A DNA stretch of 64,000 nt from Gammaproteobacteria bacterium (GTDB lineage: Bacteria > Pseudomonadota > Gammaproteobacteria > Eutrophobiales > Eutrophobiaceae), in assembly GCA_965243115.1 (NCBI GenBank), contig CBDEUD010000003.1, positions 2,474,200-2,538,199 of the forward strand. The letters are read 5' to 3'. Position 1 is the first letter of the stretch. Each line of letters opens with the position of its first letter. Shown here one piece after another: positions 10,606 to 20,101 of this stretch. Below the pieces are notes generated by a model. It saw only the letters and a list, made by a program, of their open reading frames with translations, was not told the origin of the DNA and searched no databases. The position numbers were made by a program, and so were the translations under genes.

Positions 10606-13239
10606 ATGACCATTGATGAGTCATTGCTGCTGGATAAATCAGCCCTGGCCGGATCCCCTCCTGACGTAACCCGCTTTAAACATGCCCTGGACCGGGGTGA
10701 TCGCTGCCTGAACGAACAGTTTGAAGCAGGCAAACCGATACGTGAGATTATTTACCAGCGCGCCTGGTTAATCGACCAGTTACTCATCAGCGCGTGGCAC
10801 CACCATATTGACAGTGATGCAATGGCGTTGATTGCGGTAGGCGGCTACGGTCGCGGGAATTTATTACCGGCATCCGACGTGGACCTGATGCTGCTCATCA
10901 AACCGCGCAGAAAAAAAATCCTGAAATCCGGCATCGAAACCTTTCTGGCCTTTCTCTGGGACATGGGCCTGGAGGTGGGGCACAGCGTCAGAACAGTCAA
11001 GGACTGTATCCAGGAAGCAAAGTCGGATATCACGGTGGCCACGAACCTCATGGAATCCAGGTTGATAACCGGTAATGCAGCCTTGTATGAAACCATGGTC
11101 GCAATGACGGGGCCGAAAAAGGTATGGCCTTCCAGGAAATTCTTTGCCGCCAAATGGAAAGAACAAACGGCGCGCCACCATAAATTCCACGACAGCGAAA
11201 ACAACCTGGAGCCCAATGTGAAGGAAGGCCCCGGCGGCCTGCGCGATATCCAGATGATCGGCTGGGTCGCGAAAAGACATTTTGACGCAGAGCGGCTCAG
11301 GGACCTGGTCAAACATGATTTCCTGTCCCAGACGGAATACGACAGTCTCGACCGGGGCCACAATTTCCTGTGGCGTGTGCGCTACGCACTCCACGTCATC
11401 TCCGGCAGGAGAGAGGACCGGCTGCTGTTCGATCACCAGAAAAATGTCGCCGCCAAATTCGGTTTTACCTCCGCAGACAATTCCGGCGTCGAGCAGTTCA
11501 TGAGGCTCTATTACCGGACGGTGAAGGAGGTCAGCCGCCTGAATGAAATGCTGCTGCAGCATTTCCAGGAAGAGATCATTTACGCACGCAGAAGAGAAAC
11601 GATTCGGCCGTTGAACAAACGCTTCCAGATACGGAATGATTTCATCGAAGTAAAGAACCGCCAGGTTTTCAAAAAATATCCCATTGCACTGCTTGAGCTG
11701 TTCCTGCTGCTGCAGCAGAACCAGAACATCAAAGGGGTCAGGGCCAGTACGGTCAGGCTGATAAGGGAATCGCTGCACCTGATTGACGACGGCTTCAGGG
11801 CAGACATTAAAAGCCAGAGTCTGTTCCTGGAAATAATCCGCCAGCCGCATCGCGTCGGCCATGAGTTGAGACGCATGCACAAGTACGGAGTGCTGGGGGC
11901 ATACATGCCGGAATTTGCCAAGATCGAAGGGTTGATGCAGTTCGATTTGTTCCACACCTATACGGTTGATGAGCATATTCTGTTCGTAATCAGGAATATG
12001 CGGCGCTTCGGCCTGGACGAATACAGGAAAGAATATCCGCTGTGCCGGCAGGTTCTGGAACAAATTCCCAAGCAGGAGCTGCTTTATTTCGCCGGTATGT
12101 TTCATGATATGGCGAAGGGAAGAGACGGCGACCATTCCGCACTGGGCTCCAGGGACGCGCTGGAGTTCTGCAAGAGACACCACCTCAGTGACTATGATGC
12201 GAAACTGGTGGCGTGGCTGGTGGAACATCACCTGCTGATGTCAAAAACGGCGCAGAGAGAGGATATCAATGATCCTGAAGTAATCAACAAATTCGCCAAA
12301 CAGGTGGGCGACAGTATTCACCTGGATTACCTCTACCTGTTGACGGTTGCCGACATCAACGGCACCAACCCGCGTCTCTGGAACAGTTGGAAGGACGCCT
12401 TGATCGCCGACCTTTACAATAAAACGCTGTCGGCCTTGTGGCGCGGCCTGGAAAATCCGATCAACAAGGAAGAACTGATTAATGACAGTAAAACCCGCTC
12501 CCTGGCCATCATCACCAATGGAGCCAAGGCCGTCACCGCTAGCGGAGAGATTTGGTCGTACCTGAGCGCTGATTATTTCCTGCGCTATTCACCCACGGAA
12601 ATCGCCTGGCACACGCAAGCCATCATGAAATGCGGCGAAGACCGGCTACCCATGATTCTGCTGCGCGAGGAGACCGAGCGCGGGGCAACCGCGCTGTTTA
12701 TCTACATGCACGACCATGACAATATATTTTCGCGTGTCAGCCGCACCCTGGACCTGCTGGACCTGAACGTCGTTGACGCCCGCATAATGAATTCCAATCA
12801 TGGCTATACACTGGATACGTTCAGCATCCTGGAAAAATCCGGGATCACCGTGAAAGGACGCGAGCGGAAAAAGGAGATCATAACCGCGCTGAAACAAAAC
12901 CTGTTGTCGCTGGATAAACCGATAAGGCGCGCGGACCGGCTCCGGTCAAGGAGACTGCGGCATTTTTCCATACCCACCCGCATCAACTTCGACATCGACA
13001 GGAAAAACAAGCGCAATATCATGGAAGTCAGCGCCATGGACAGGCCCGGTTTCCTCTCATCGGTGGGAACGGCGCTGGAATTTTGCGGCACGCGCCTGCA
13101 GGCGGCGAAAATCGCAACCTACGGAGAACGGGTCGAGGACATCTTCTTTATCACCGACCGGAATAACCAGGTCATCACCGACGCCGCCAAACTGCAATGC
13201 CTGACCGACACGATCACCATGTCCCTCAGCATGAACTGA
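10606..13239 (+). CDS. glnD: Bifunctional [protein-PII] uridylyltransferase/uridylyl-removing enzyme
   Basis: 877 aa with an NTase domain, an HD domain (FHDMAKGR) and two C-terminal ACT domains. Sits immediately downstream of map, the conserved map-glnD synteny. Confidence 0.9.
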   Translation: MTIDESLLLDKSALAGSPPDVTRFKHALDRGDRCLNEQFEAGKPIREIIYQRAWLIDQLLISAWHHHIDSDAMALIAVGGYGRGNLLPASDVDLMLLIKPRRKKILKSGIETFLAFLWDMGLEVGHSVRTVKDCIQEAKSDITVATNLMESRLITGNAALYETMVAMTGPKKVWPSRKFFAAKWKEQTARHHKFHDSENNLEPNVKEGPGGLRDIQMIGWVAKRHFDAERLRDLVKHDFLSQTEYDSLDRGHNFLWRVRYALHVISGRREDRLLFDHQKNVAAKFGFTSADNSGVEQFMRLYYRTVKEVSRLNEMLLQHFQEEIIYARRRETIRPLNKRFQIRNDFIEVKNRQVFKKYPIALLELFLLLQQNQNIKGVRASTVRLIRESLHLIDDGFRADIKSQSLFLEIIRQPHRVGHELRRMHKYGVLGAYMPEFAKIEGLMQFDLFHTYTVDEHILFVIRNMRRFGLDEYRKEYPLCRQVLEQIPKQELLYFAGMFHDMAKGRDGDHSALGSRDALEFCKRHHLSDYDAKLVAWLVEHHLLMSKTAQREDINDPEVINKFAKQVGDSIHLDYLYLLTVADINGTNPRLWNSWKDALIADLYNKTLSALWRGLENPINKEELINDSKTRSLAIITNGAKAVTASGEIWSYLSADYFLRYSPTEIAWHTQAIMKCGEDRLPMILLREETERGATALFIYMHDHDNIFSRVSRTLDLLDLNVVDARIMNSNHGYTLDTFSILEKSGITVKGRERKKEIITALKQNLLSLDKPIRRADRLRSRRLRHFSIPTRINFDIDRKNKRNIMEVSAMDRPGFLSSVGTALEFCGTRLQAAKIATYGERVEDIFFITDRNNQVITDAAKLQCLTDTITMSLSMN

Positions 13240-13270
13240 CCCGCCTTGATTCATCCGCAGATAATAATAA

Positions 13271-13951
13271 ATGATCATCCGCATACGGCCGCCTGAGTCA
13301 GAGGAGGAACTGGTGCAGCGCTGCCGGGTACTGGCGGGAAAGTCGCTGGGCCAGGTCGCCGATGAACTGGATATTGCCGTTCCGGCATCCCGCGCCAGGG
13401 CCAAGGGATGGGCCGGGCAACTTATCGAATACTACCTGGGAGCCACTGCGGCCTCCCAGCCGCAACCGGACTTCCTGCACCTCGGTGTCGAACTTAAAAC
13501 CATACCCGTCAACCGGCGCGGCCGGGCCAAGGAGTCGACTTTCGTGTGCATGGCCCCGCTGAAGCCCGGTCCCGGCATGCGCTGGCCTGCTTCTGTCGTC
13601 AAACATAAACTGGAACGGGTCCTGTGGGTTCCCATAGAAGCCGACCCCGGCATACTCCCGGCCAACAGCAGGGTAGGAAACAGCTTCCTGTGGAGCCCGT
13701 CGCGGCAACAACTCCAGGTTCTTGAGCAGGATTGGCAGGAATTGATTGAAATGATATCTTTTGGCGAATTTGACGAGATCAGCGCAAGGCACGGTGAATA
13801 CCTGCAGATAAGGCCCAAGGCGGCCAGTGCAGCCAGCCTGGCCCGGGCCACCCTGGTCGACGGAGAAACCGGGTTGACCCTGCCCAGGGGATTTTACCTC
13901 CGCACCCGCTTTACCAACATGCTGCTTGAAGAACATGCAATTCAGTCATAA
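13271..13951 (+). CDS. mutH: DNA mismatch repair endonuclease MutH
   Basis: Collinear with E. coli MutH (GVELKTIPV, TFVCMAPL, RVLWVP, ARHGEYLQIRPKAA, LTLPRGFYL). Confidence 0.9.
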   Translation: MIIRIRPPESEEELVQRCRVLAGKSLGQVADELDIAVPASRARAKGWAGQLIEYYLGATAASQPQPDFLHLGVELKTIPVNRRGRAKESTFVCMAPLKPGPGMRWPASVVKHKLERVLWVPIEADPGILPANSRVGNSFLWSPSRQQLQVLEQDWQELIEMISFGEFDEISARHGEYLQIRPKAASAASLARATLVDGETGLTLPRGFYLRTRFTNMLLEEHAIQS

Positions 13952-14924
13952 ATTCAGCGTGGCGCCGATGATGACCCATACGGACAGGCATTTTCGCTAC
14001 TTCCTGCGCCTGCTGTCCAGGCATTCCATGCTGTACACGGAAATGCTGACGACCGGCGCCCTGCTGTACGGAGACACGGACAGGTATGCCAGGTTCAACG
14101 ATGCGGAACACCCGGTCGGCATACAACTGGGGGGGAACAACCCCGCCGACCTGGCAAGTTGTGCAGAAATCGCCACGGCATACGGTTACGACGAAATAAA
14201 CCTGAATATAGGTTGTCCCAGCAAACGGGTGAAATCCGGCCGTTTCGGCGCCTGCCTGATGGCCGAACCGGGCCTGGTTGCCGAGTGCGTCGCGGCAATG
14301 GCGGCGGCGGCCGATTGCCCGGTTACTGTCAAAACGCGTATCGGCATAGACGGGCACGACAGTTACGAACACCTGGCCCGGTTTGTTTCGACCGTCTCCG
14401 ATGCCGGCTGCCGTACGTTTATCATCCATGCCCGCAAGGCCTGGCTGAACGGTCTGAGCCCCAGGCAGAACCGGACTGTGCCGCCGCTGCGGTACCCCCT
14501 GGTATACCGGTTGAAACAGGATTTCCCGCACCTGGAAATCATCATTAACGGCGGTATTACCGGTCTTGCGGAGGCGCACGATCATTTGCGCCGTGTTGAC
14601 GGGGTCATGCTCGGCAGGGCCGTGTGCAACAACCCGTATTTACTGGCCGGGGTGGACAAAAACCTTTTCGGCGTGAACAATATAGCAGCTACACGCATGC
14701 AGATACTGCAGAAATACATGCACTACATGGAGACGGAAATTGCACAAGGTGAACATTTGTACGCCATGTCACGGCATATACTGGGTCTGTTTCACGGACA
14801 GTACGGCGCGCGCGCGTACCGGCGCCATCTGACAACAAGCGCCCATGCAGCGAATGCCGGCGTGGAAATTGTCAATGAGGCGCTGGCTCTGACGGAAATC
14901 AACCATCAGCATGCGAGGAACTAA
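13926..14924 (+). CDS. dusA: tRNA-dihydrouridine(20/20a) synthase
   Basis: FSVAPMMTHTDRHFRYFLRLLSRHSMLYTEM, YDEINLNIGCPS and HARKAWLNGLSPRQNR are near-identical to the E. coli DusA motifs. Confidence 0.9.
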   Translation: MKNMQFSHKFSVAPMMTHTDRHFRYFLRLLSRHSMLYTEMLTTGALLYGDTDRYARFNDAEHPVGIQLGGNNPADLASCAEIATAYGYDEINLNIGCPSKRVKSGRFGACLMAEPGLVAECVAAMAAAADCPVTVKTRIGIDGHDSYEHLARFVSTVSDAGCRTFIIHARKAWLNGLSPRQNRTVPPLRYPLVYRLKQDFPHLEIIINGGITGLAEAHDHLRRVDGVMLGRAVCNNPYLLAGVDKNLFGVNNIAATRMQILQKYMHYMETEIAQGEHLYAMSRHILGLFHGQYGARAYRRHLTTSAHAANAGVEIVNEALALTEINHQHARN

Positions 14925-14989
14925 AAACACGAACGGGAATCATAATCCTGCGCATGCGGGCTGAAGGCTGCCCCTATTTGATAAGCTAC

Positions 14990-15655
14990 ATGAAAATTAT
15001 ATTATTAATTGTTGTTTTGTCTATATTATCTTCCCCTATCTATGGGGAAGAAAAGGAAATGACAGAAAAACAGAAACTGAGTTATGCCCTGGGTGTCTTT
15101 TTTGCCCAGAGCGTATCACAGCAGGATATAGATATGGACCCGGACTATTTCCTGGAAGCGGTAAGAGATGTATTGAACAAGAATCAGCCAAAACTGTCGA
15201 TTGAGGAAATACAGACCATCTTTGCAAGATTTCAACAACAGGAGCAGGAAAACAGGGCCGAACAGGCCGCCGCAAACAGTCAGGCAGGTAAGGAGTTTCT
15301 GGAACGGAACAGGACGAAAGAAGGTGTTATCGAACTGGATAACGGCTTGCAATACAAAATCCTGCGGCCCGGAACCGGTGCAAATCCCGAACCTGGCGGA
15401 AATGTTACCGTCCATTACCGAGGGTCGCTGATTAACGGCGTGGAATTCGATAGTTCATACAAGCGCAACCAGCCGGCGAAACTGTCCCTTGGCCGCGTGA
15501 TCAAGGGCTGGCAACAGGCGTTGCCCCTGATGAAGACAGGCGCCCTGTGGCAACTCTATATCCCCGCCGATCTTGCCTACGGGTCAGCCGGACAAGGTGT
15601 TATCGGGCCGGATGAAGCGCTTATCTTCGAGGTCGAATTAATTGAAATTCATTAA
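14990..15655 (+). CDS. FKBP-type peptidyl-prolyl cis-trans isomerase, periplasmic FkpA/Mip-like
   Basis: Signal peptide MKIILLIVVLSILSSPIYG, an N-terminal dimerisation-like helix and a C-terminal FKBP domain (VTVHYRGSLINGVEFDSSY...IKGWQQAL...YGSAG). Confidence 0.85.
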   Translation: MKIILLIVVLSILSSPIYGEEKEMTEKQKLSYALGVFFAQSVSQQDIDMDPDYFLEAVRDVLNKNQPKLSIEEIQTIFARFQQQEQENRAEQAAANSQAGKEFLERNRTKEGVIELDNGLQYKILRPGTGANPEPGGNVTVHYRGSLINGVEFDSSYKRNQPAKLSLGRVIKGWQQALPLMKTGALWQLYIPADLAYGSAGQGVIGPDEALIFEVELIEIH

Positions 15656-16088
15656 CCCCGCAAGGGTTTCCCGCCTGCTGGCTCTGTTCACGTTGTTGGT
15701 GGTCTTCAGCGTCCGCGCCGGCGATAACCAGTCCGCTACCGGTATTGCCGCATACGAGGACGGTAATTACAAACTGGCCATGCAAAGCTTCACGCACGCC
15801 ATACAGGCGGATCCGCAAAACTCGCATCTGCATCACTGGCTGGGCAAGTGTTACGGGAGACTGGCCGAACGGAGCAACTGGTTCAAGTCCATGTCCTACG
15901 CCAGAAAAACCCTGAAACAGTTCCGCAAAGCGGTCGAACTCGATGTCAACAACTATGAAGCCCTGCGCGACCTGGTAGATTTCCTGGAAACGGCGCCGGG
16001 TTTCCTGGGAGGCAGCAGGAAGGAAGCGAAACGCCTGGGACAGCGCCTGGAAAAGTTGCAAAGGCTCCGAACGGCGAGCAATGAATAG
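15642..16088 (+). CDS. Small secreted TPR-like repeat protein (hypothetical)
   Basis: Signal peptide plus TPR-like helices (YEDGNYKLAMQSFTHAIQADPQN...). Overlaps neighbouring genes by a few codons on both sides. Confidence 0.55.
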   Translation: MKFINPARVSRLLALFTLLVVFSVRAGDNQSATGIAAYEDGNYKLAMQSFTHAIQADPQNSHLHHWLGKCYGRLAERSNWFKSMSYARKTLKQFRKAVELDVNNYEALRDLVDFLETAPGFLGGSRKEAKRLGQRLEKLQRLRTASNE

Positions 16089-18195
16089 ACTGATTGCATG
16101 GCTGTTGTTAATGGCGCCGGCGGCAGTTGCCAGTGCCGCTCCGCCGCTCGTTTCCGACGAGGAACTCCAGGCCCGGGAACGCCATGATCGCGCCGCGCTG
16201 ATCATTACCCATATAATGGATAAATACCACTACCGGAAGGAGCCGCTCGATGATACCTTGTCCAGCCGTATACTGGATTCATACCTGGAAAGCCTGGATG
16301 GAAATCGCAGCTTTTTTCTCAAACAAGACATAACGGACTTTGAGCGTTACCGCTACCTGCTCGATGACGCGATTGAACACCCGGACCTTGAGCCCGCATA
16401 CGCTATTTTCAAGGTTTACCGGCAACGAGTCGATGAGCGTTCCGCCTACGCCCGGTCTGTGCTGGAAAGCGGGTTTGATTTCAGTATTGATGAGGACTAC
16501 CTGTTCGACCGGCGCGCCGGCGACTGGGCGCAGACCGAGCGGGAATTGGATGAAATCTGGAGAAAAAAGGTAAAGAACGATTACCTGATGTTGCTGCTTG
16601 CAGACAAGGAGGGCGATGATATAAAGGAAATACTGGGCAAGCGCTATGCACGCTTCAGGACCAGTACCTTCCAGCTCAATTCCAACGACGTGTTCCAGTC
16701 ATTCATCAATGCCTATACCGTCGCCGTGGAGCCTCACACTTTCTATTTCACTCCGCGTTCGTCGGAAAACTTCGATATCACCATGAGGCTTTCGCTGGAA
16801 GGAATCGGTGCGGTGTTGCGGGCGGAACAGGATTACACGGTGGTGCAGAGGATTATCCCGGGAGGTCCGGCCGAACTCGGTGGCCAATTGCAGGCCAATG
16901 ACAGGATCACAGGCGTCGGGCAAGGTGTCCGGGGAGAGATAACGGACGTGATTGGCTGGCGTCTTGACGATGTCGTCGACATGATAAGAGGGCCGAAAGG
17001 CTCCGTAGTCAGGTTGGAAATCCGCTCCGAGAGAGACGGATTTACGGGAAACGGCAGAATTATTTCCATCACCCGGGACGAAATCAGGTTGGAAGAACAG
17101 GCAGCGAAGTCCGAGGTCATCGACCTGGAAAACGGCGGGCAAATAGGCGTCATTACCGTGCCTGCTTTCTACAGCGACTTCCCGGCCCAGGCACAGGGAA
17201 AAAAGGACTATCGCAGCACTACCCGGGACGTAAGGCGTCTGCTTGCGGGGTTAAAGGAAAAAACCCTGGATGGCCTGCTCATAGACCTGCGCGGCAACGG
17301 CGGCGGGTCATTGCTCGAAGCCCTGGAACTGACCGGCTTGTTCATCGAGTCGGGACCAATCATACAAACCAGGGACTATTCCGGCAAAATTGAGATCAAC
17401 AGCGACCCGGACCCGGATCTCGCCTACGGCGGCCCCCTGGCGGTACTGGTTAACCGTAACAGCGCCTCGGCTTCCGAGATATTTGCCGGCGCTATCCAGG
17501 ACTACCGGCGCGGGATCATTATCGGTGAGCCGACTTTCGGCAAAGGCACGGTACAGAATATTATCGATTTAAACCACTTTACCGATGCCTCCCACGAGGA
17601 CCATGGCAGGTTGAAGGCGACTATTGCCCAGTTTTTCCGTATCAGCGGCGGCAGCAACCAGCATCGCGGCGTGATTCCCGACATCATTTTTCCCACTGCG
17701 CGCTACGGTCAGGACTACGGCGAACGGGTCCTGGACAACGCCCTGCCCTGGGATGAAGTCAAACCACTCTATTTCATGCCTGTCAGCGCACCGGTCGAGA
17801 GTTTTGCCCGGGCCAGGAAACTTCACGAACAACGCATAAAGGACAACCGCCTGGTGCGGTTGTTACTTGAAGACATGGAAACGGCACAGGCGCTGGAAAA
17901 CAAAAAGACCGTCAGCCTGCAGCAAAGCAACCGCAAGGCGGAACGGGAACAGCGCCGTCTCGCAACGGCAAAACTGCGCAACGAATACCGTATTACCCTG
18001 GGATTGGAGCCGGTGCCCGCGGATACCGTCGATTTCGAGGACGAAAACGAACTGGAAGACCTCGACCCGTTGCTGGACGAGGCAGCCAGGATATTATTCG
18101 ACCTGGTCGTGCCGGTGCGCCAGGCGATAAACAAGTTTCCGGATAGAGCAAAAACCGCCGGGATAACATCCCGCGCAGGAGGGACGATACAATGA
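16081..18195 (+). CDS. prc: Carboxy-terminal processing (tail-specific) protease, S41 family
   Basis: PDZ domain, DLRGNGGGS S41 motif and FGKGTVQ. 704 aa, collinear with Prc/Tsp. Confidence 0.9.
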   Translation: MNRLIAWLLLMAPAAVASAAPPLVSDEELQARERHDRAALIITHIMDKYHYRKEPLDDTLSSRILDSYLESLDGNRSFFLKQDITDFERYRYLLDDAIEHPDLEPAYAIFKVYRQRVDERSAYARSVLESGFDFSIDEDYLFDRRAGDWAQTERELDEIWRKKVKNDYLMLLLADKEGDDIKEILGKRYARFRTSTFQLNSNDVFQSFINAYTVAVEPHTFYFTPRSSENFDITMRLSLEGIGAVLRAEQDYTVVQRIIPGGPAELGGQLQANDRITGVGQGVRGEITDVIGWRLDDVVDMIRGPKGSVVRLEIRSERDGFTGNGRIISITRDEIRLEEQAAKSEVIDLENGGQIGVITVPAFYSDFPAQAQGKKDYRSTTRDVRRLLAGLKEKTLDGLLIDLRGNGGGSLLEALELTGLFIESGPIIQTRDYSGKIEINSDPDPDLAYGGPLAVLVNRNSASASEIFAGAIQDYRRGIIIGEPTFGKGTVQNIIDLNHFTDASHEDHGRLKATIAQFFRISGGSNQHRGVIPDIIFPTARYGQDYGERVLDNALPWDEVKPLYFMPVSAPVESFARARKLHEQRIKDNRLVRLLLEDMETAQALENKKTVSLQQSNRKAEREQRRLATAKLRNEYRITLGLEPVPADTVDFEDENELEDLDPLLDEAARILFDLVVPVRQAINKFPDRAKTAGITSRAGGTIQ

Positions 18196-18638
18196 CCCTG
18201 AAAAACATCACCATGGCGAGTCTGTTATCAATATGCTGCCTGTTGCCCCAGGCGGCCGCGGAAACTGATGTCAAGGGGACAATTCAGTACCGCCAGAACT
18301 ATATGAATGCCATCAGCGGACACACCGGAGCGATACGGCGGCTCAAGGACGGCCGTTTCAGTGCGGAAGGACACCTGCAAATGCATACGGATGCCCTGGC
18401 TCAACTGACCAGGGATATCGCCCTGTTATTTCCGGAGGGAACGGGAGCGGGGAAAACCGACGCAAAACCGGAGATCTGGGAAAACTGGTCGGACTTTGAA
18501 GCCCGCGCCGGTGAAAGCCAGCAGGCGGCACAAGCCCTGCTGGACGCAGTACAATCCGGAGACGCGGAGGCGATAGATACCCGGTTCGGCGAGTTGACGC
18601 AAACCTGTAAAGCGTGCCATAAACCATTCAGGAAGTAA
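18192..18638 (+). CDS. Cytochrome c' (class II cytochrome c)
   Basis: Signal peptide, four-helix-bundle-sized protein with a C-terminal CKACH heme-binding motif. Confidence 0.75.
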   Translation: MTLKNITMASLLSICCLLPQAAAETDVKGTIQYRQNYMNAISGHTGAIRRLKDGRFSAEGHLQMHTDALAQLTRDIALLFPEGTGAGKTDAKPEIWENWSDFEARAGESQQAAQALLDAVQSGDAEAIDTRFGELTQTCKACHKPFRK

Positions 18639-18749
18639 CGCGGCGACAGGGAACACAAAGTACCGGGAGCGGCTCGATAATTTCTTCATTTTTTCTTTTG
18701 TTCGGTTATAATAATTATTTGGGAGGATGTAAAAACTAAGGAGATTGTT

Positions 18750-19010
18750 ATGAACAAACTGACGGATGTTGCCAGCATCATTATAAGTATTTTCGGGGTG
18801 GGCGCCTTATTGGCGGGATTGCTCCTGACCGGGCAAATTGGGATAAAAGACGAAATAACCGGAATAAAGGGTGAAATAGCTGGAATAAAGGATGATATAG
18901 CCGATTTGCAGCAGCGGACGGCACGCATAGAAGGTCAACTGACGCTCCTGATTGACGCCTGGAATATCGAAATGCCCACCTCCCCGGCAGTCGCCGACAG
19001 ACAGCTGTAA
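18750..19010 (+). CDS. Small membrane-anchored protein with three 7-aa (21-bp) tandem repeats GIKDEIT/GIKGEIA/GIKDDIA
   Basis: Strong SD aaggag 8 nt upstream of the ATG. N-terminal TM helix followed by a repeat/coiled-coil segment. No confident family assignment. Confidence 0.6.
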   Translation: MNKLTDVASIIISIFGVGALLAGLLLTGQIGIKDEITGIKGEIAGIKDDIADLQQRTARIEGQLTLLIDAWNIEMPTSPAVADRQL

Positions 19011-19023
19011 TCCAGGGTTCTCT

Positions 19024-19938
19024 TTGGCTGACGACGGCTGGTTCCGGTTAACTCTCGCCGGCGCTGTTTTTATACTTGCCCTGCTCTGGTGGTCGGCGCA
19101 ACCGGGACCGCTCCCTGCTTTCGCTACCACCGACAACAATCCTGCGGTGACGGATATCAGTCGCGGTGAATACCTGGTAAATATTGCCGGGTGCGTCAGT
19201 TGCCACACGGATGCCGACAACGAGGGGGCACACCTGGCAGGCGGACTTGAACTGGATACCCCGTTCGGCAGTTTTTTTGCCCCGAATATCACCTCACACA
19301 GGGAAGCCGGCATAGGCGCCTGGAGTTTCACGGATTTTGCCCGGGCAATGCACCTGGGCATCGCTCCCTCCGGGGAGCGCTACTACCCGGCCTTTCCCTA
19401 TACGTCCTATACGCAAATTACAACTGACGATCTGCACGCCATGTACGTCTACCTGCAGACAACGCCGCCCGTCGAGACCCGGAACAGGCCGCATGAGACA
19501 CCCTGGTACATCAACCGTCTGCTGATGCCTGTGTGGCAGTCCTTATTTTTCCGACCGGGTGTGTTCCAGCCTGATACCGGCCCCGACGAAACCCTGCGGC
19601 GCGGGGACTACATCGCCAACGCCCTGACCCATTGCAGTGAGTGCCATACCCCCAGGAACCTGTTCGGCGCAGTCCGTCCGGAACTGTTCCTGGCCGGTAC
19701 CGAAGATGGTCCCGACGGAGACCCGGTTCCCAACATCACATCCTCCGAGGCGGACGGCATCGGTGACTGGGACGAGGATGAATTGCTGCTCTACCTGGAG
19801 GAAGGCGAACTGCCCGACGGCGATTATGCCGGCGGCGCCATGGTTGACGTGATTGACAATTCCACCAGTCTTATGGACCCGGCAGACCTGCAGGCCGTGG
19901 TCGCATATATTCTCTCCGTTCCTGCCGTGGATAACTGA
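19024..19938 (+). CDS. Diheme c-type cytochrome (cytochrome c subunit of periplasmic dehydrogenase type)
   Basis: Two CxxCH motifs (CVSCH, CSECH) and an N-terminal TM/signal anchor. The ORF track starts at 18952, overlapping the preceding small gene, but the TTG at 19024 is more plausible. Start is uncertain. Confidence 0.7.
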   Translation: MADDGWFRLTLAGAVFILALLWWSAQPGPLPAFATTDNNPAVTDISRGEYLVNIAGCVSCHTDADNEGAHLAGGLELDTPFGSFFAPNITSHREAGIGAWSFTDFARAMHLGIAPSGERYYPAFPYTSYTQITTDDLHAMYVYLQTTPPVETRNRPHETPWYINRLLMPVWQSLFFRPGVFQPDTGPDETLRRGDYIANALTHCSECHTPRNLFGAVRPELFLAGTEDGPDGDPVPNITSSEADGIGDWDEDELLLYLEEGELPDGDYAGGAMVDVIDNSTSLMDPADLQAVVAYILSVPAVDN

Positions 19939-20023
19939 TATTTGGGGTCAGAGTAAAAATACGGTCAGTTTGATAGTAATGCCGGCTTATAGTTGGGTAT
20001 TTTTACTCTGACCCCACAAATCC
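19937..20023. repeat. REP-like palindromic element, family 2, copy 2
   Basis: Arms GATATTTGGGGTCAGAGTAAAAATAC / GTATTTTTACTCTGACCCCACAAATC lie between the convergent cytochrome c gene and the outer-membrane protein gene. Confidence 0.8.
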
Positions 20024-20101
20024 GCCAGGAGCGGACTTGGACGTCCGAAGGACGCCCGCAGGGTGTGTGCCAGGGAAGGCGCACATCAAATTTGACTGTA
20101 A

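Noticed and set aside
9713-10624. 303-aa ORF antisense to map
   Set aside because: It is a shadow ORF in a high-GC region. The opposite strand encodes a well-conserved MetAP, and the antisense protein has no recognisable features.
10864-12231. 455-aa ORF antisense to glnD (and others such as 10845-11363)
   Set aside because: It is a shadow ORF. GlnD on the plus strand is collinear with known homologues over its whole length.
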